Part shown: piece after piece, positions 19,440 to 28,100 of the stretch | How the letters are laid out: the number at the start of each line of letters is the position of its first letter | Numbering within the stretch: the stretch's first letter is position 1 | From: Saprospiraceae bacterium | Lineage (GTDB): Bacteria > Bacteroidota > Bacteroidia > Chitinophagales > Saprospiraceae | DNA length: 64,000 bases | Direction of reading: 5' to 3' | Assembly (NCBI GenBank): GCA_035299145.1 | Contig: DATGWZ010000023.1 | Coordinates: 681,801 to 745,800 of the forward strand | The notes under the pieces: model-generated | What the model was told of the DNA's origin: nothing | Seen by the model: only the letters and a program-made list of their open reading frames with translations | Databases searched by the model: none | Position numbers and translations under genes: made by a program

Positions 19440-20738
19440 ATGAAGTCGTTATTCTTTTCAGTTGGTCTTTTTTTTATTACTACCGTCGTTCTTGGACAAA
19501 ACTTATATTTTCCACCCATTGTAGGTAATGAATGGGAAACCATCGATCCTGCTACCTTAAACTGGTGTGAAACAGGCAACAAAGCACTTGATGATTTTTT
19601 GATTGAGAAAGGGACCAAAGGGTTCATCATATTAAAAGATGGAAAAATCGTCAAAGAAACATACTTCGATACTTTTACGAAAGATAGTGTTTGGTATTGG
19701 GCATCTGCTGGTAAATCTATCACATCATTTATGGTAGGAATGGCGCAAGAAAAAGGTTTGCTCAACATAAATGACAAAACTTCCAAATACTTGGGTGAAG
19801 GCTGGACGAGCCTAACTCCTGAACAAGAAAATAAAATAACTATCTGGCATCAATTAACCATGACATCTGGACTAGATGACAGCGGAGATGATTTGGATTG
19901 CATGGTGCCTGAATGTCTCACTTATAAAGCAGATGCTGGTCAAAGATGGGCTTATCACAATGCGCCATATAGATTGCTACATAATGTTATGGCAGAAGCG
20001 TGGGGAAATACTTATCAAAACTTCATGAATACGCAACTGACCGTGAAGACTGGGATCGGCGGACTGTGGTTAGATGGTGTATTGTACAGTAAGCCTAGAA
20101 ATATGGCAAGATTCGGGCTATTGGCATTAAATAAAGGTACATGGAACGGACAAAGTATTTTAGGTGATCAGACCTATGTTGATGCAATGTCAGTACCATC
20201 GCAAATGATCAATAAATCATACGGTCTATTATGGTGGCTAAATGGTCAGGAATCGTTTATGTTGCCAGGTGTTCAATTGGCAATTAATAGATTTTTGATA
20301 CCAAATGCGCCATCAGATATGTATTGTGCATTGGGCAAAAATGATCAGAAAATATATGTTGTCCCGTCCCAAAATCTAGTGGTAGTTAGGGTAGGAAATG
20401 CTGGTGGAGAAATAGCAGGTGCCGTAAGTTCGTTTGATAACCAATTATGGGAAAAAATCAATGAACTCACTTGCACATCATCGACCCAAGAGTCATCAAA
20501 AGATAATTTCCAAATATATCCAAATCCGTTTGTTGATCAAATAGAGATTTTAAGTGACGAAAATTTTATAGATGCTGAAGTAACTATTTATAGTGTACAA
20601 GGCAGCTTAGTTTATCAAGGGAAATTTAAAAAAGATAGCTTAACTAATGTCTTAAAAGGTTTGTCTAGTGGTGTTTATTTTCTAAGATTTAAGAATGGAA
20701 AAGGCATGAATACAACCAAAAAAATAGTGAAATATTGA
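19440..20738 (+). CDS. secreted serine hydrolase (beta-lactamase fold) with a T9SS C-terminal sorting domain
   Basis: Signal peptide, SAGKS (SxxK) motif, and a C-terminal ~80 aa FQIYPNPFVDQIEI...GVYFLRFKNG...KIVKY. Confidence 0.8.
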   Translation: MKSLFFSVGLFFITTVVLGQNLYFPPIVGNEWETIDPATLNWCETGNKALDDFLIEKGTKGFIILKDGKIVKETYFDTFTKDSVWYWASAGKSITSFMVGMAQEKGLLNINDKTSKYLGEGWTSLTPEQENKITIWHQLTMTSGLDDSGDDLDCMVPECLTYKADAGQRWAYHNAPYRLLHNVMAEAWGNTYQNFMNTQLTVKTGIGGLWLDGVLYSKPRNMARFGLLALNKGTWNGQSILGDQTYVDAMSVPSQMINKSYGLLWWLNGQESFMLPGVQLAINRFLIPNAPSDMYCALGKNDQKIYVVPSQNLVVVRVGNAGGEIAGAVSSFDNQLWEKINELTCTSSTQESSKDNFQIYPNPFVDQIEILSDENFIDAEVTIYSVQGSLVYQGKFKKDSLTNVLKGLSSGVYFLRFKNGKGMNTTKKIVKY

Positions 20739-20740
20739 GT

Positions 20741-21310
20741 TTACTCCAAAGATATCTTTCTGGTCAAAATCGCTTTTTGGTATCCAATGATAGGATATGA
20801 TTTTACTTCGGGGATGTCTTCTTGACCTTCGGCCTTTATATTACCGGAGACTGTGGCAGGAACGCTTTTATTTACGATGATCTCAAAAATCATCTTATCT
20901 TCTTGTCTTTCGTAGATAGATATTAGTTGATTGCCCATTACTTCAAAATGGCTGATGAGTTTATTTTCCAACACATATGCATCAAGTAGTATCCCATTTT
21001 TTTCATCAACGACGTAGTGACCTTTGGATTTGTCTTTGGTTTTTAAGATGTAATCTCTTTTTCCTTTTATTTTATCTTCACCATAAATGATAACCCATTG
21101 AAAAATATCTGCGGAGTCCGTCCGTAGATTTTCTAAAGACATTGGGATAGATTGGAGTATGTTTTGATGGTTATAAATGTGAAGCGTTCCTTCCCAAACG
21201 CCAAGCCATTCATCAGGAAATGTTTTCAGTTGGGCAGAAGTACTATTTTGACCAATGGCAAGAGATGTAGTCACCATCGAAAAGAAGAGTATTAAGTAAC
21301 GTCTAAGCAT
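20741..21310 (-). CDS. hypothetical secreted protein
   Basis: 189-aa ORF with a signal peptide. Convergent with the preceding gene, 2 nt apart. Confidence 0.5.
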   Translation of the reverse strand: MLRRYLILFFSMVTTSLAIGQNSTSAQLKTFPDEWLGVWEGTLHIYNHQNILQSIPMSLENLRTDSADIFQWVIIYGEDKIKGKRDYILKTKDKSKGHYVVDEKNGILLDAYVLENKLISHFEVMGNQLISIYERQEDKMIFEIIVNKSVPATVSGNIKAEGQEDIPEVKSYPIIGYQKAILTRKISLE

Positions 21311-21381
21311 GGATATTTTTATTAATCAAACCCATATAAATTGTACAAAGTTCTAAACCCAAAAAAATCTAAATAAATGAC

Positions 21382-21627
21382 TTAAAGTAAAAATGTACCA
21401 ATTAATACCGCAAGTATTAGTAAACAAAAGTAACCAACGATTAGGTTATAAACATTTTGATTAAAATACTTAAACATAGTATCAGGATCTCGTTTCTTTA
21501 AGATTCCGATAAAGTCCTTTTTTTTAACTTTATTGTTAAAAGCTTTAAAAAAGAGATACCTTGTGTTAAGCCCAATACTTTTTATAATGTCTCCTCCAAA
21601 AATGAGAATCAGAAATTCCTCTAACAT
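21382..21627 (-). CDS. small hypothetical membrane protein
   Basis: 81-aa ORF with a C-terminal TM helix. Weak support. Confidence 0.3.
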   Translation of the reverse strand: MLEEFLILIFGGDIIKSIGLNTRYLFFKAFNNKVKKKDFIGILKKRDPDTMFKYFNQNVYNLIVGYFCLLILAVLIGTFLL

Positions 21628-21814
21628 TTAGGTATTCATTAATGTGCCAAATATAATAAAATTAATCATTTTTAAATGAAATAACTTCTATATTTACTTC
21701 TTGACCATCCTGTTAATTAAGGTGACATATACATTGTTACATTTGAACATAAAAAATGGTTTGCACAACACTTGTCATACAAACCATTTTTATTTATCTT
21801 CTTTTAAAAGTATA

Positions 21815-23080
21815 TCAAGGTCTAGAAACCTGAATAAAGCTACCAGGATTCACCCCTTTTTTCTCATCAATATTATTAATAGCTAGCAATTCGCCTAGCG
21901 GAATATTATAAGTTACTGCAAGGTCTGCCAATGACTCTTTTCTTCTCAACTGATGCATGACTGGCGTTTGGTTGATGATTGTAAGATCTTGAGCCAAAAG
22001 TTGTACTACCTTTCGAGATTTCATATTGTCTCTTATAGCATAAGATTTTACAGGTAACGCATCTATTTTTTCTAATGCTAAACTGTTATTTGTGCCTACA
22101 TTATATCCACCTAGAAGCCCCATGGGTTGATACTGACCATCCGTATTGGCTAACCTGAAATCTTGGGCATTATACCTATCCATATAGACCAGCATTTTTT
22201 GTTTTGGTAAAGTAAGATAATACTCACCACTTTCACTTGCTGGAATGTAATCCTTGCGATACATCGGATTAAGCACTTTTACTAGTTCAATGTCTATTTC
22301 AAATTCTTTTACTATTTTTTTGAATTCTACTTTATCAAACACCCTGACTGATGCTGCATACTTCAAGTCATCTGACGGCTCGATCGGTTGCAAATCATGG
22401 GCATAATAATAGTTCATCAAATAAGAAACAGCGATAAATTTTGGGATGTACTTTTGGGTTTCTCTAGGGAGATATTTTTGAATTTCCCAGTAATCTGTAC
22501 TCCCATTGGCTTTTTTGATGGCTTTATTTAGATTACCTGAGCCACAATTATAAGCTGTCAATGCTAATGTCCAATTTCCGTATATTTCGTATAAAAGCTT
22601 GAGATAATCCAATGCTTTGTCCGTAGACTTCATAAGGTCTTTTCTCTCGTCTATATGCTTGTCTATACGCAAACCATAGAGTTCAGCGGTACCTTTCATA
22701 AACTGCCATATACCTGCCGCGCCCTTGTGCGACTCTGTATAAGGTATCAGACCTGACTCAATAACAGCTACATATTTCAGTTCATCTGGGAGATTTTTTT
22801 CTCTGATGGCATTCTCGATAATTGGAAAATATAAAGAAGTCCTTCCTAAGATGGTCTCACTTTCTTTTCTCCGCACTTCTACCAATGCGGATATTTGTTC
22901 GGTCACCTCATCGGTCACCCTTACGTCTATGTTGGTGTTTAGGTTTTGAATTCTTTTGATGATTTCAGCATTGCTGGGGGATTTTGCAATGATAAAACCT
23001 GGTACCAAAAGAATCCAAATACACACCATCACAAGAATTCTTGTTGTCATTTTAAATGTGTTCATGGTAAAAATCAGCAT
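21815..23080 (-). CDS. membrane-bound lytic murein transglycosylase (SLT domain plus C-terminal LysM), MltD-like
   Basis: VAVIESGL...AAGIWQFM...AYNCG SLT motifs. C-terminal LysM-like HQLRRKESLADLAVTYNIPLGELLAINNI. Confidence 0.8.
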   Translation of the reverse strand: MLIFTMNTFKMTTRILVMVCIWILLVPGFIIAKSPSNAEIIKRIQNLNTNIDVRVTDEVTEQISALVEVRRKESETILGRTSLYFPIIENAIREKNLPDELKYVAVIESGLIPYTESHKGAAGIWQFMKGTAELYGLRIDKHIDERKDLMKSTDKALDYLKLLYEIYGNWTLALTAYNCGSGNLNKAIKKANGSTDYWEIQKYLPRETQKYIPKFIAVSYLMNYYYAHDLQPIEPSDDLKYAASVRVFDKVEFKKIVKEFEIDIELVKVLNPMYRKDYIPASESGEYYLTLPKQKMLVYMDRYNAQDFRLANTDGQYQPMGLLGGYNVGTNNSLALEKIDALPVKSYAIRDNMKSRKVVQLLAQDLTIINQTPVMHQLRRKESLADLAVTYNIPLGELLAINNIDEKKGVNPGSFIQVSRP

Positions 23081-23252
23081 TTTCTTGGGAGAAAAAATTA
23101 TTTAAATAAAATTATCAACATTACTTTTTAATAAGCAATATTGACAGGGTGTAAATAATTTTTGGGACGCAAAGATAGCACAAAAAGATGAATTTGTCAA
23201 ATAAATATACTTGTTAACAAAACATTATTTGTAATATACTGTAAATCAATAA

Positions 23253-24680
23253 CTATGCCAAACTATAATTTTGTACAAACTGAATTAACTTTTTATCTTC
23301 TTTCACATTTGCCATGAGTTGAACACCAAATGACAATCCATCACTATTTTTTCCACAGGGAATAGAGATCGCAGGAATACCCGCAAGATTGGCCAAAACA
23401 GTATAAATATCAGATAAATAAATTTCTAATGGGTCCGTTGGTTTCTGATCTACTGGCCATGCCACACTAGGAGCTGTAGGCAAAATGATAAAATCATACT
23501 GACTGAATATGTCTTGTATCTGTTGTTTTATCATCGTTCTTATTTGCTGAGCTTTGGTAAAATAAGCATCATAATAAGCTTCACTCAATACAAAACTGCC
23601 CAACATGATTCTTTTTTTCACCTCATCTCCAAATCCTTCTGACCTTGAATTTACATAAATTTCTTCGAGAGAATTAGCTTCAGCACTTCTATGTCCGTAT
23701 CTCACGCCGTCATATCTACTTAGATTAGAAGAAGCCTCAGCTGTTGTCAAAATATAGTAAGTGGGAACCAAATATTCTAATAATGGAAAACTTACTTTGG
23801 ATACCTGAGCACCTGATGACTTAAGCGAGTCTATGTAAGATGTTATGGATTGTTTGATATCACTATCAAGTGCATCACTATCAATGGCTTCCCCTAGGTA
23901 AGCAAATGTGTAGTCTTTAAAATCTTTTTGAAGTTCACTTTGATCACAGTATGTATCTTTTTGGAACATCGTAGCATCATATTCGTCTGTTTTAGACACT
24001 ACAGACATCACAATATCAAGGTCAGAAGCATGGTGTGCCAATAATCCCAATTGATCAAAAGACGATGCATAAGCTACCAATCCATGTCTAGAAACCATAC
24101 CATACGAAGGTTTATAACCCATTACGCCACACATACCTGCAGGCTGCCTCACTGATCCGCCCGTATCTGTGCCAAGGGCTACAAGGCAAGTATCCGTTTG
24201 AACAGAGACTGCTGCGCCACCACTCGATCCGCCAGATATTCTAGTCGTATCAGAAGCATTTTTGACAGGACCAAAATATGAATTTGTGTTGGCAGAACCC
24301 ATTCCGAATTCATCGCAGTTTGTCCTTCCGATGATGATGGCATCTTCTTTTAGTAGTAATTCTACGGCTGTAGCATTAAACTGACTTACAAAACCATCCA
24401 ATATTCTAGATCCTGCACTTACTTTATGATTTTTGTACACGATGAGATCTTTGATAGACACCACACAACCAAAAAGCTTGCCCAAAACGTCGGGATTTTC
24501 TTTTATTCGGATGTCAAGTGATCTTGCTTTTTCCAATGCTTCTTCAGCAAATACTTCTACATAGGCATTAAGATGTTCTGTAGTTTTTATATTGCCGAGA
24601 TAATACTGAATGATGTTTTCACAGCTTGTAGAACCGTTTTTTAAGGCAGTTTGTATTTGTGCTAAAGAATTATTTTGCAT
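23253..24680 (-). CDS. gatA: Asp-tRNA(Asn)/Glu-tRNA(Gln) amidotransferase subunit A
   Basis: Amidase signature GGSSGGAAVSV...GTDTGGSVRQPA, 475 aa. Confidence 0.9.
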   Translation of the reverse strand: MQNNSLAQIQTALKNGSTSCENIIQYYLGNIKTTEHLNAYVEVFAEEALEKARSLDIRIKENPDVLGKLFGCVVSIKDLIVYKNHKVSAGSRILDGFVSQFNATAVELLLKEDAIIIGRTNCDEFGMGSANTNSYFGPVKNASDTTRISGGSSGGAAVSVQTDTCLVALGTDTGGSVRQPAGMCGVMGYKPSYGMVSRHGLVAYASSFDQLGLLAHHASDLDIVMSVVSKTDEYDATMFQKDTYCDQSELQKDFKDYTFAYLGEAIDSDALDSDIKQSITSYIDSLKSSGAQVSKVSFPLLEYLVPTYYILTTAEASSNLSRYDGVRYGHRSAEANSLEEIYVNSRSEGFGDEVKKRIMLGSFVLSEAYYDAYFTKAQQIRTMIKQQIQDIFSQYDFIILPTAPSVAWPVDQKPTDPLEIYLSDIYTVLANLAGIPAISIPCGKNSDGLSFGVQLMANVKEDKKLIQFVQNYSLA

Positions 24681-25341
24681 ATGAAGATTCTTTTTTCATT
24701 TTATGTAAACCAATACCTAGATAAAAATTTATATTCTCAAAGTGAAAAGGTGGAGGTGTTTGGAATTGACTTTCATTTATAAATTCCCCTAAATCTGCTT
24801 TATACCTATTAGAAAACATCCAACCAACTTCTACAATACTCATTCGTACACCCAAAATCAGATGCATGTCTTCTTTTAGGAAGTGAATATATTCTGCCTT
24901 AAAGTTTATGCCTGCTGCAATGTTTTTAACAGTTTGCTTTTTAAGGGGATCTCTCATTGGGTCTGCATTGATGGTAACATAATCTGAGCTAAATGCTGTA
25001 CCTATAAACAAACCATTTTTATCGAAACTAAATAGTTTTTTTGTTTTTGTATAATCAAATCCAAATCCACGATATGTGAAATCATGAATCAAATTTGACT
25101 GCTTAGATTGTCTTATGTTGAAATGAAATAACCTACGTTTTTTCTCATTTTGTTTACCTATACCAAAGTCAAAAAAAAGATATCCTAAAAAATCAAGATT
25201 ATTTAATGGATAGTAGTTTCTATCTGTAAAACCACCGAGACTTCCCTCATACACCCTATGAAAATCGTTATCTTGACTCTTTGAGACAACCCAAGAGAAT
25301 ATAAATGAAATAAACAAAAACAGTTCTAGCTTTTGTCTCAT
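24670..25341 (-). CDS. hypothetical secreted, beta-barrel-like protein
   Basis: Signal peptide. Overlaps hisS by 4 nt and gatA by 11 nt, so it sits in the same operon. Confidence 0.5.
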   Translation of the reverse strand: MRQKLELFLFISFIFSWVVSKSQDNDFHRVYEGSLGGFTDRNYYPLNNLDFLGYLFFDFGIGKQNEKKRRLFHFNIRQSKQSNLIHDFTYRGFGFDYTKTKKLFSFDKNGLFIGTAFSSDYVTINADPMRDPLKKQTVKNIAAGINFKAEYIHFLKEDMHLILGVRMSIVEVGWMFSNRYKADLGEFINESQFQTPPPFHFENINFYLGIGLHKMKKESSYAK

Positions 25342-26807
25342 TGACTTACAAAATATGAAGATAAACTCGATACTTCCACATCACTTTGCTCACCCGTGAC
25401 CATATTTTTAAGACTTACTTTGCCAGCTTCTCTTTCGGTCTCACCGATAATAGCTACAAATGGTACTTTACGCGCATTGGCATAAGACATTTGTTTTTTC
25501 ATCTTGGTAGGTTCTGGATATAAATCGCAGGAAATGCCGGCTTGTCTCAAAATTGCTACCTGCTTGAATGCATATCTGTGGCTCTCCTCATCCAAGGCGA
25601 CAAATAGAACTTCGATATCTTTCTGCACATCTTCCGGAAAAAGGTTTAATTCTTCCATGACGTCATATATTCGCTCTGCACCGAAAGAGACACCTACACC
25701 CGACACGCCATTCAGTCCGAAAACACCTGTAAGATTGTCATATCTTCCGCCACCACCGATACTACCCATACGAAAACCAGGGTAATCTACGGTATCCACT
25801 TTTACTTCAAATATGCAACCAGTATAGTAATTGAGTCCTCGAGCTAAGTTTATACTAAAATCTAATGGAATAAACTGTGATTCAATATTTTCTAAATAAG
25901 TAAGTACTGATAATATTTCAAAGCATCCTTTTTTACCAATTTCAGAGCTGTCTTTAAATTTTTCAAGTAAACATGTTACCTTACAGGCATCATAAAAGTA
26001 TTTTGGGTATTCATGCATAAGATTATCTAAATCTCTTTGTCCACAATCTCTACAGATTTCATCGGTGCAATCATCAGAAGTAATGTTTAAACATGAAAAT
26101 ATACTTTCTATTGAATCAATTGAAATGCCTTTTCTTAACAAATCACCTTGAACTTCTTCAACAGAAACTTTATCTAATTTATCTAAGATTGTTACAATTT
26201 CAATAAATTTGTCTGAGCAACCACAATATTCAACTATTCCTTCTAATATCTTACGATTATTGATCAAAATACGAACTTTAATACCCAATTTACGGAAGAC
26301 TTCTGCATAAATATTGACCAATTCGGCTTCATACATTAATGATTCTGAACCCACTACATCTACGTCACACTGATAAAACTCCTGATATCTTCCACGTTGT
26401 GGACGATCGGCGCGCCATACTTGTTGGATCTGATATCGTTTAAATGGTAGGTTGATTTCGTTTTGGTTCATCACCACAAATCTCGCAAAAGGTACGGTAA
26501 GGTCATATCTTAGGCCACGTTTTGAGATAGAAGAAATCACCTTGTTGGAATCTAAGTTTTCCAATGCCGTTTTGTCCGCACCGGCCAAAAAATCTCCATT
26601 GTTTAACACTTTGAATAGCAACCGATCACCCTCTTCGCCATACTTTCCTGTAAGTGTAGCTAGGTTTTCCATCGTAGGTGTCTCGATCGGGAGGTACCCA
26701 TAAGTTTTAAATACATTTTCTATCGTATTGAAGATATACTTTCTTTTTATGACTTGTGATGGCAGAAAATCTCTTGTGCCTTTAGGTATCGATGGTTTTG
26801 AAGACAT
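25338..26807 (-). CDS. hisS: histidine--tRNA ligase (with an extra Cys-rich insertion)
   Basis: Class II motifs: KGTRDFLP, YQEFYQCDVD, ARGLNYYTG, GGGGRYD. Confidence 0.9.
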   Translation of the reverse strand: MSSKPSIPKGTRDFLPSQVIKRKYIFNTIENVFKTYGYLPIETPTMENLATLTGKYGEEGDRLLFKVLNNGDFLAGADKTALENLDSNKVISSISKRGLRYDLTVPFARFVVMNQNEINLPFKRYQIQQVWRADRPQRGRYQEFYQCDVDVVGSESLMYEAELVNIYAEVFRKLGIKVRILINNRKILEGIVEYCGCSDKFIEIVTILDKLDKVSVEEVQGDLLRKGISIDSIESIFSCLNITSDDCTDEICRDCGQRDLDNLMHEYPKYFYDACKVTCLLEKFKDSSEIGKKGCFEILSVLTYLENIESQFIPLDFSINLARGLNYYTGCIFEVKVDTVDYPGFRMGSIGGGGRYDNLTGVFGLNGVSGVGVSFGAERIYDVMEELNLFPEDVQKDIEVLFVALDEESHRYAFKQVAILRQAGISCDLYPEPTKMKKQMSYANARKVPFVAIIGETEREAGKVSLKNMVTGEQSDVEVSSLSSYFVSQ

Positions 26808-27094
26808 ATTGGTTAAGCTTAAATAAATCTTTATAAATAATATAGGACAATGTCGAATTGCTAATCTTGCCGACTAGCCTGAAATTAGTATTAATGTGTT
26901 TTTGAACGATGGTTCTTAATGTCCGCAAAGATACAAATCTTTGTTAAACCTATTGATTTCGATCAATAATTACCTTTTTAGTATACTTTTTGGTTGGTGA
27001 TTTCATTATATTTCATCAGATTACTATAAATTTGTAATTGAAATCATTTTTACTTTTTTTTTGAACAATTTAAGCAAATTTTTCTTTTGTCCAC

Positions 27095-27766
27095 ATGCAA
27101 AGTGCACGTCATACATATCTGCAATATTTTCGGTTGGGAGATACCGCATTTAGAGAGAAGGTAAGGTTTTATGAAGAAAACCCTGAAGCTTTATCTACGC
27201 TCTATTTTGATGAAAAAATAGATATTGATATTGACTATTTGATTTGTTTGTTTGAGGTAGGGCGATATGAAAGATTTCTTGAAAAAGTAGATCCAATAAT
27301 CGAAATTATCATCGAAGAAAATATTTTCGAATTCAGAAACGAAAACATATTCAACGATCTATTGCTTAAAAAAGCAGCCTGCTACTACCATACCAATCAG
27401 TTTGAAAAGGCAAATGCCATTTTAAAACAACTAATAAAAATTGCTCCTAAACATCCTTTAGCCATCGGTTTGTACGGTATTTGCAAACGCAAACAAAACA
27501 ACGATATTGCTACCACTATAAAAGCCTTGGGTATTGCAGCCTTATTGCTTGTAGTAAGTATATCTATTATTCAGATATTATTGTTTGAGCCGTTTTTTGA
27601 CGAATACATGGCCCCATTTTTGGTTTTGCGAACAATGTTGACGATGTTCTCCATATTAAGTTTCGTCTCTTTGGAGGTATATTTTCTGACTTCGATCTTT
27701 AAGGAAACAGGAAGGTTTCCTATCGCATTTCTAAATAAACTTTTTCGAATAGATAAAAATAAATAA
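27095..27766 (+). CDS. hypothetical membrane protein with a helical-repeat (TPR-like) N-terminal half
   Basis: 223-aa ORF with two or three C-terminal TM helices. Confidence 0.5.
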   Translation: MQSARHTYLQYFRLGDTAFREKVRFYEENPEALSTLYFDEKIDIDIDYLICLFEVGRYERFLEKVDPIIEIIIEENIFEFRNENIFNDLLLKKAACYYHTNQFEKANAILKQLIKIAPKHPLAIGLYGICKRKQNNDIATTIKALGIAALLLVVSISIIQILLFEPFFDEYMAPFLVLRTMLTMFSILSFVSLEVYFLTSIFKETGRFPIAFLNKLFRIDKNK

Positions 27767-27974
27767 AATACACAAAATTGTTGCATAAATTATGTTGGGA
27801 CTATTTAATTAAACTGTGTAACTATTTTATGATGGAACAATTTGTTTTATGTTCACACCCAAAGTAGTTTAAATTTTATAACATTTTCAGATACAAGCTA
27901 AATCTAGTCAAACTAATTCTACACGAATTTCAATGCTCATAAGGATTAATCTTAAATCCGAACCAACAACTTAT

Positions 27975-28009
27975 TTCCAATAATTGGAAATTTATTCCAT
28001 AATTCGGAA
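27975..28009. promoter_or_regulatory. tandem palindromic operator/UAS pair (TTCCA-N5-TGGAA)
   Basis: 27975-27989 TTCCAATAATTGGAA and 27995-28009 TTCCATAATTCGGAA. The starts are 20 bp apart. About 92-126 nt upstream of the ATG at 28101. Confidence 0.6.
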
Positions 28010-28063
28010 CATTTGGTTATATTTTATTAATATACCTTATTGATTATCAATTAGATATAAAAA

Positions 28064-28079
28064 TGGCATTACTTTGGCA
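28064..28079 (+). promoter_or_regulatory. candidate promoter: sigma-54-like TGGCAT-N5-TGGCA, overlapping a sigma-A type TACTTTGG -7 box
   Basis: TGGCATTACTTTGGCA has GG and GC at the canonical -24/-12 spacing. The same bases also contain TAnnTTTG (28070-28077). Confidence 0.4.
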
Positions 28080-28100
28080 CCCATATTACAAAATAAAGAT

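Noticed and set aside
19292-19786. 164-aa minus-strand ORF overlapping the start of the serine hydrolase gene
   Set aside because: It overlaps a gene with strong motifs (signal peptide, SxxK, T9SS CTD). Its own sequence is low-complexity and has no recognisable family.
27767-28100. Invertible (phase-variable) promoter upstream of the EPS operon, as in Bacteroides capsule loci
   Set aside because: I could not find long inverted repeats bracketing the promoter region, and no site-specific recombinase or invertase gene is present anywhere in the window.
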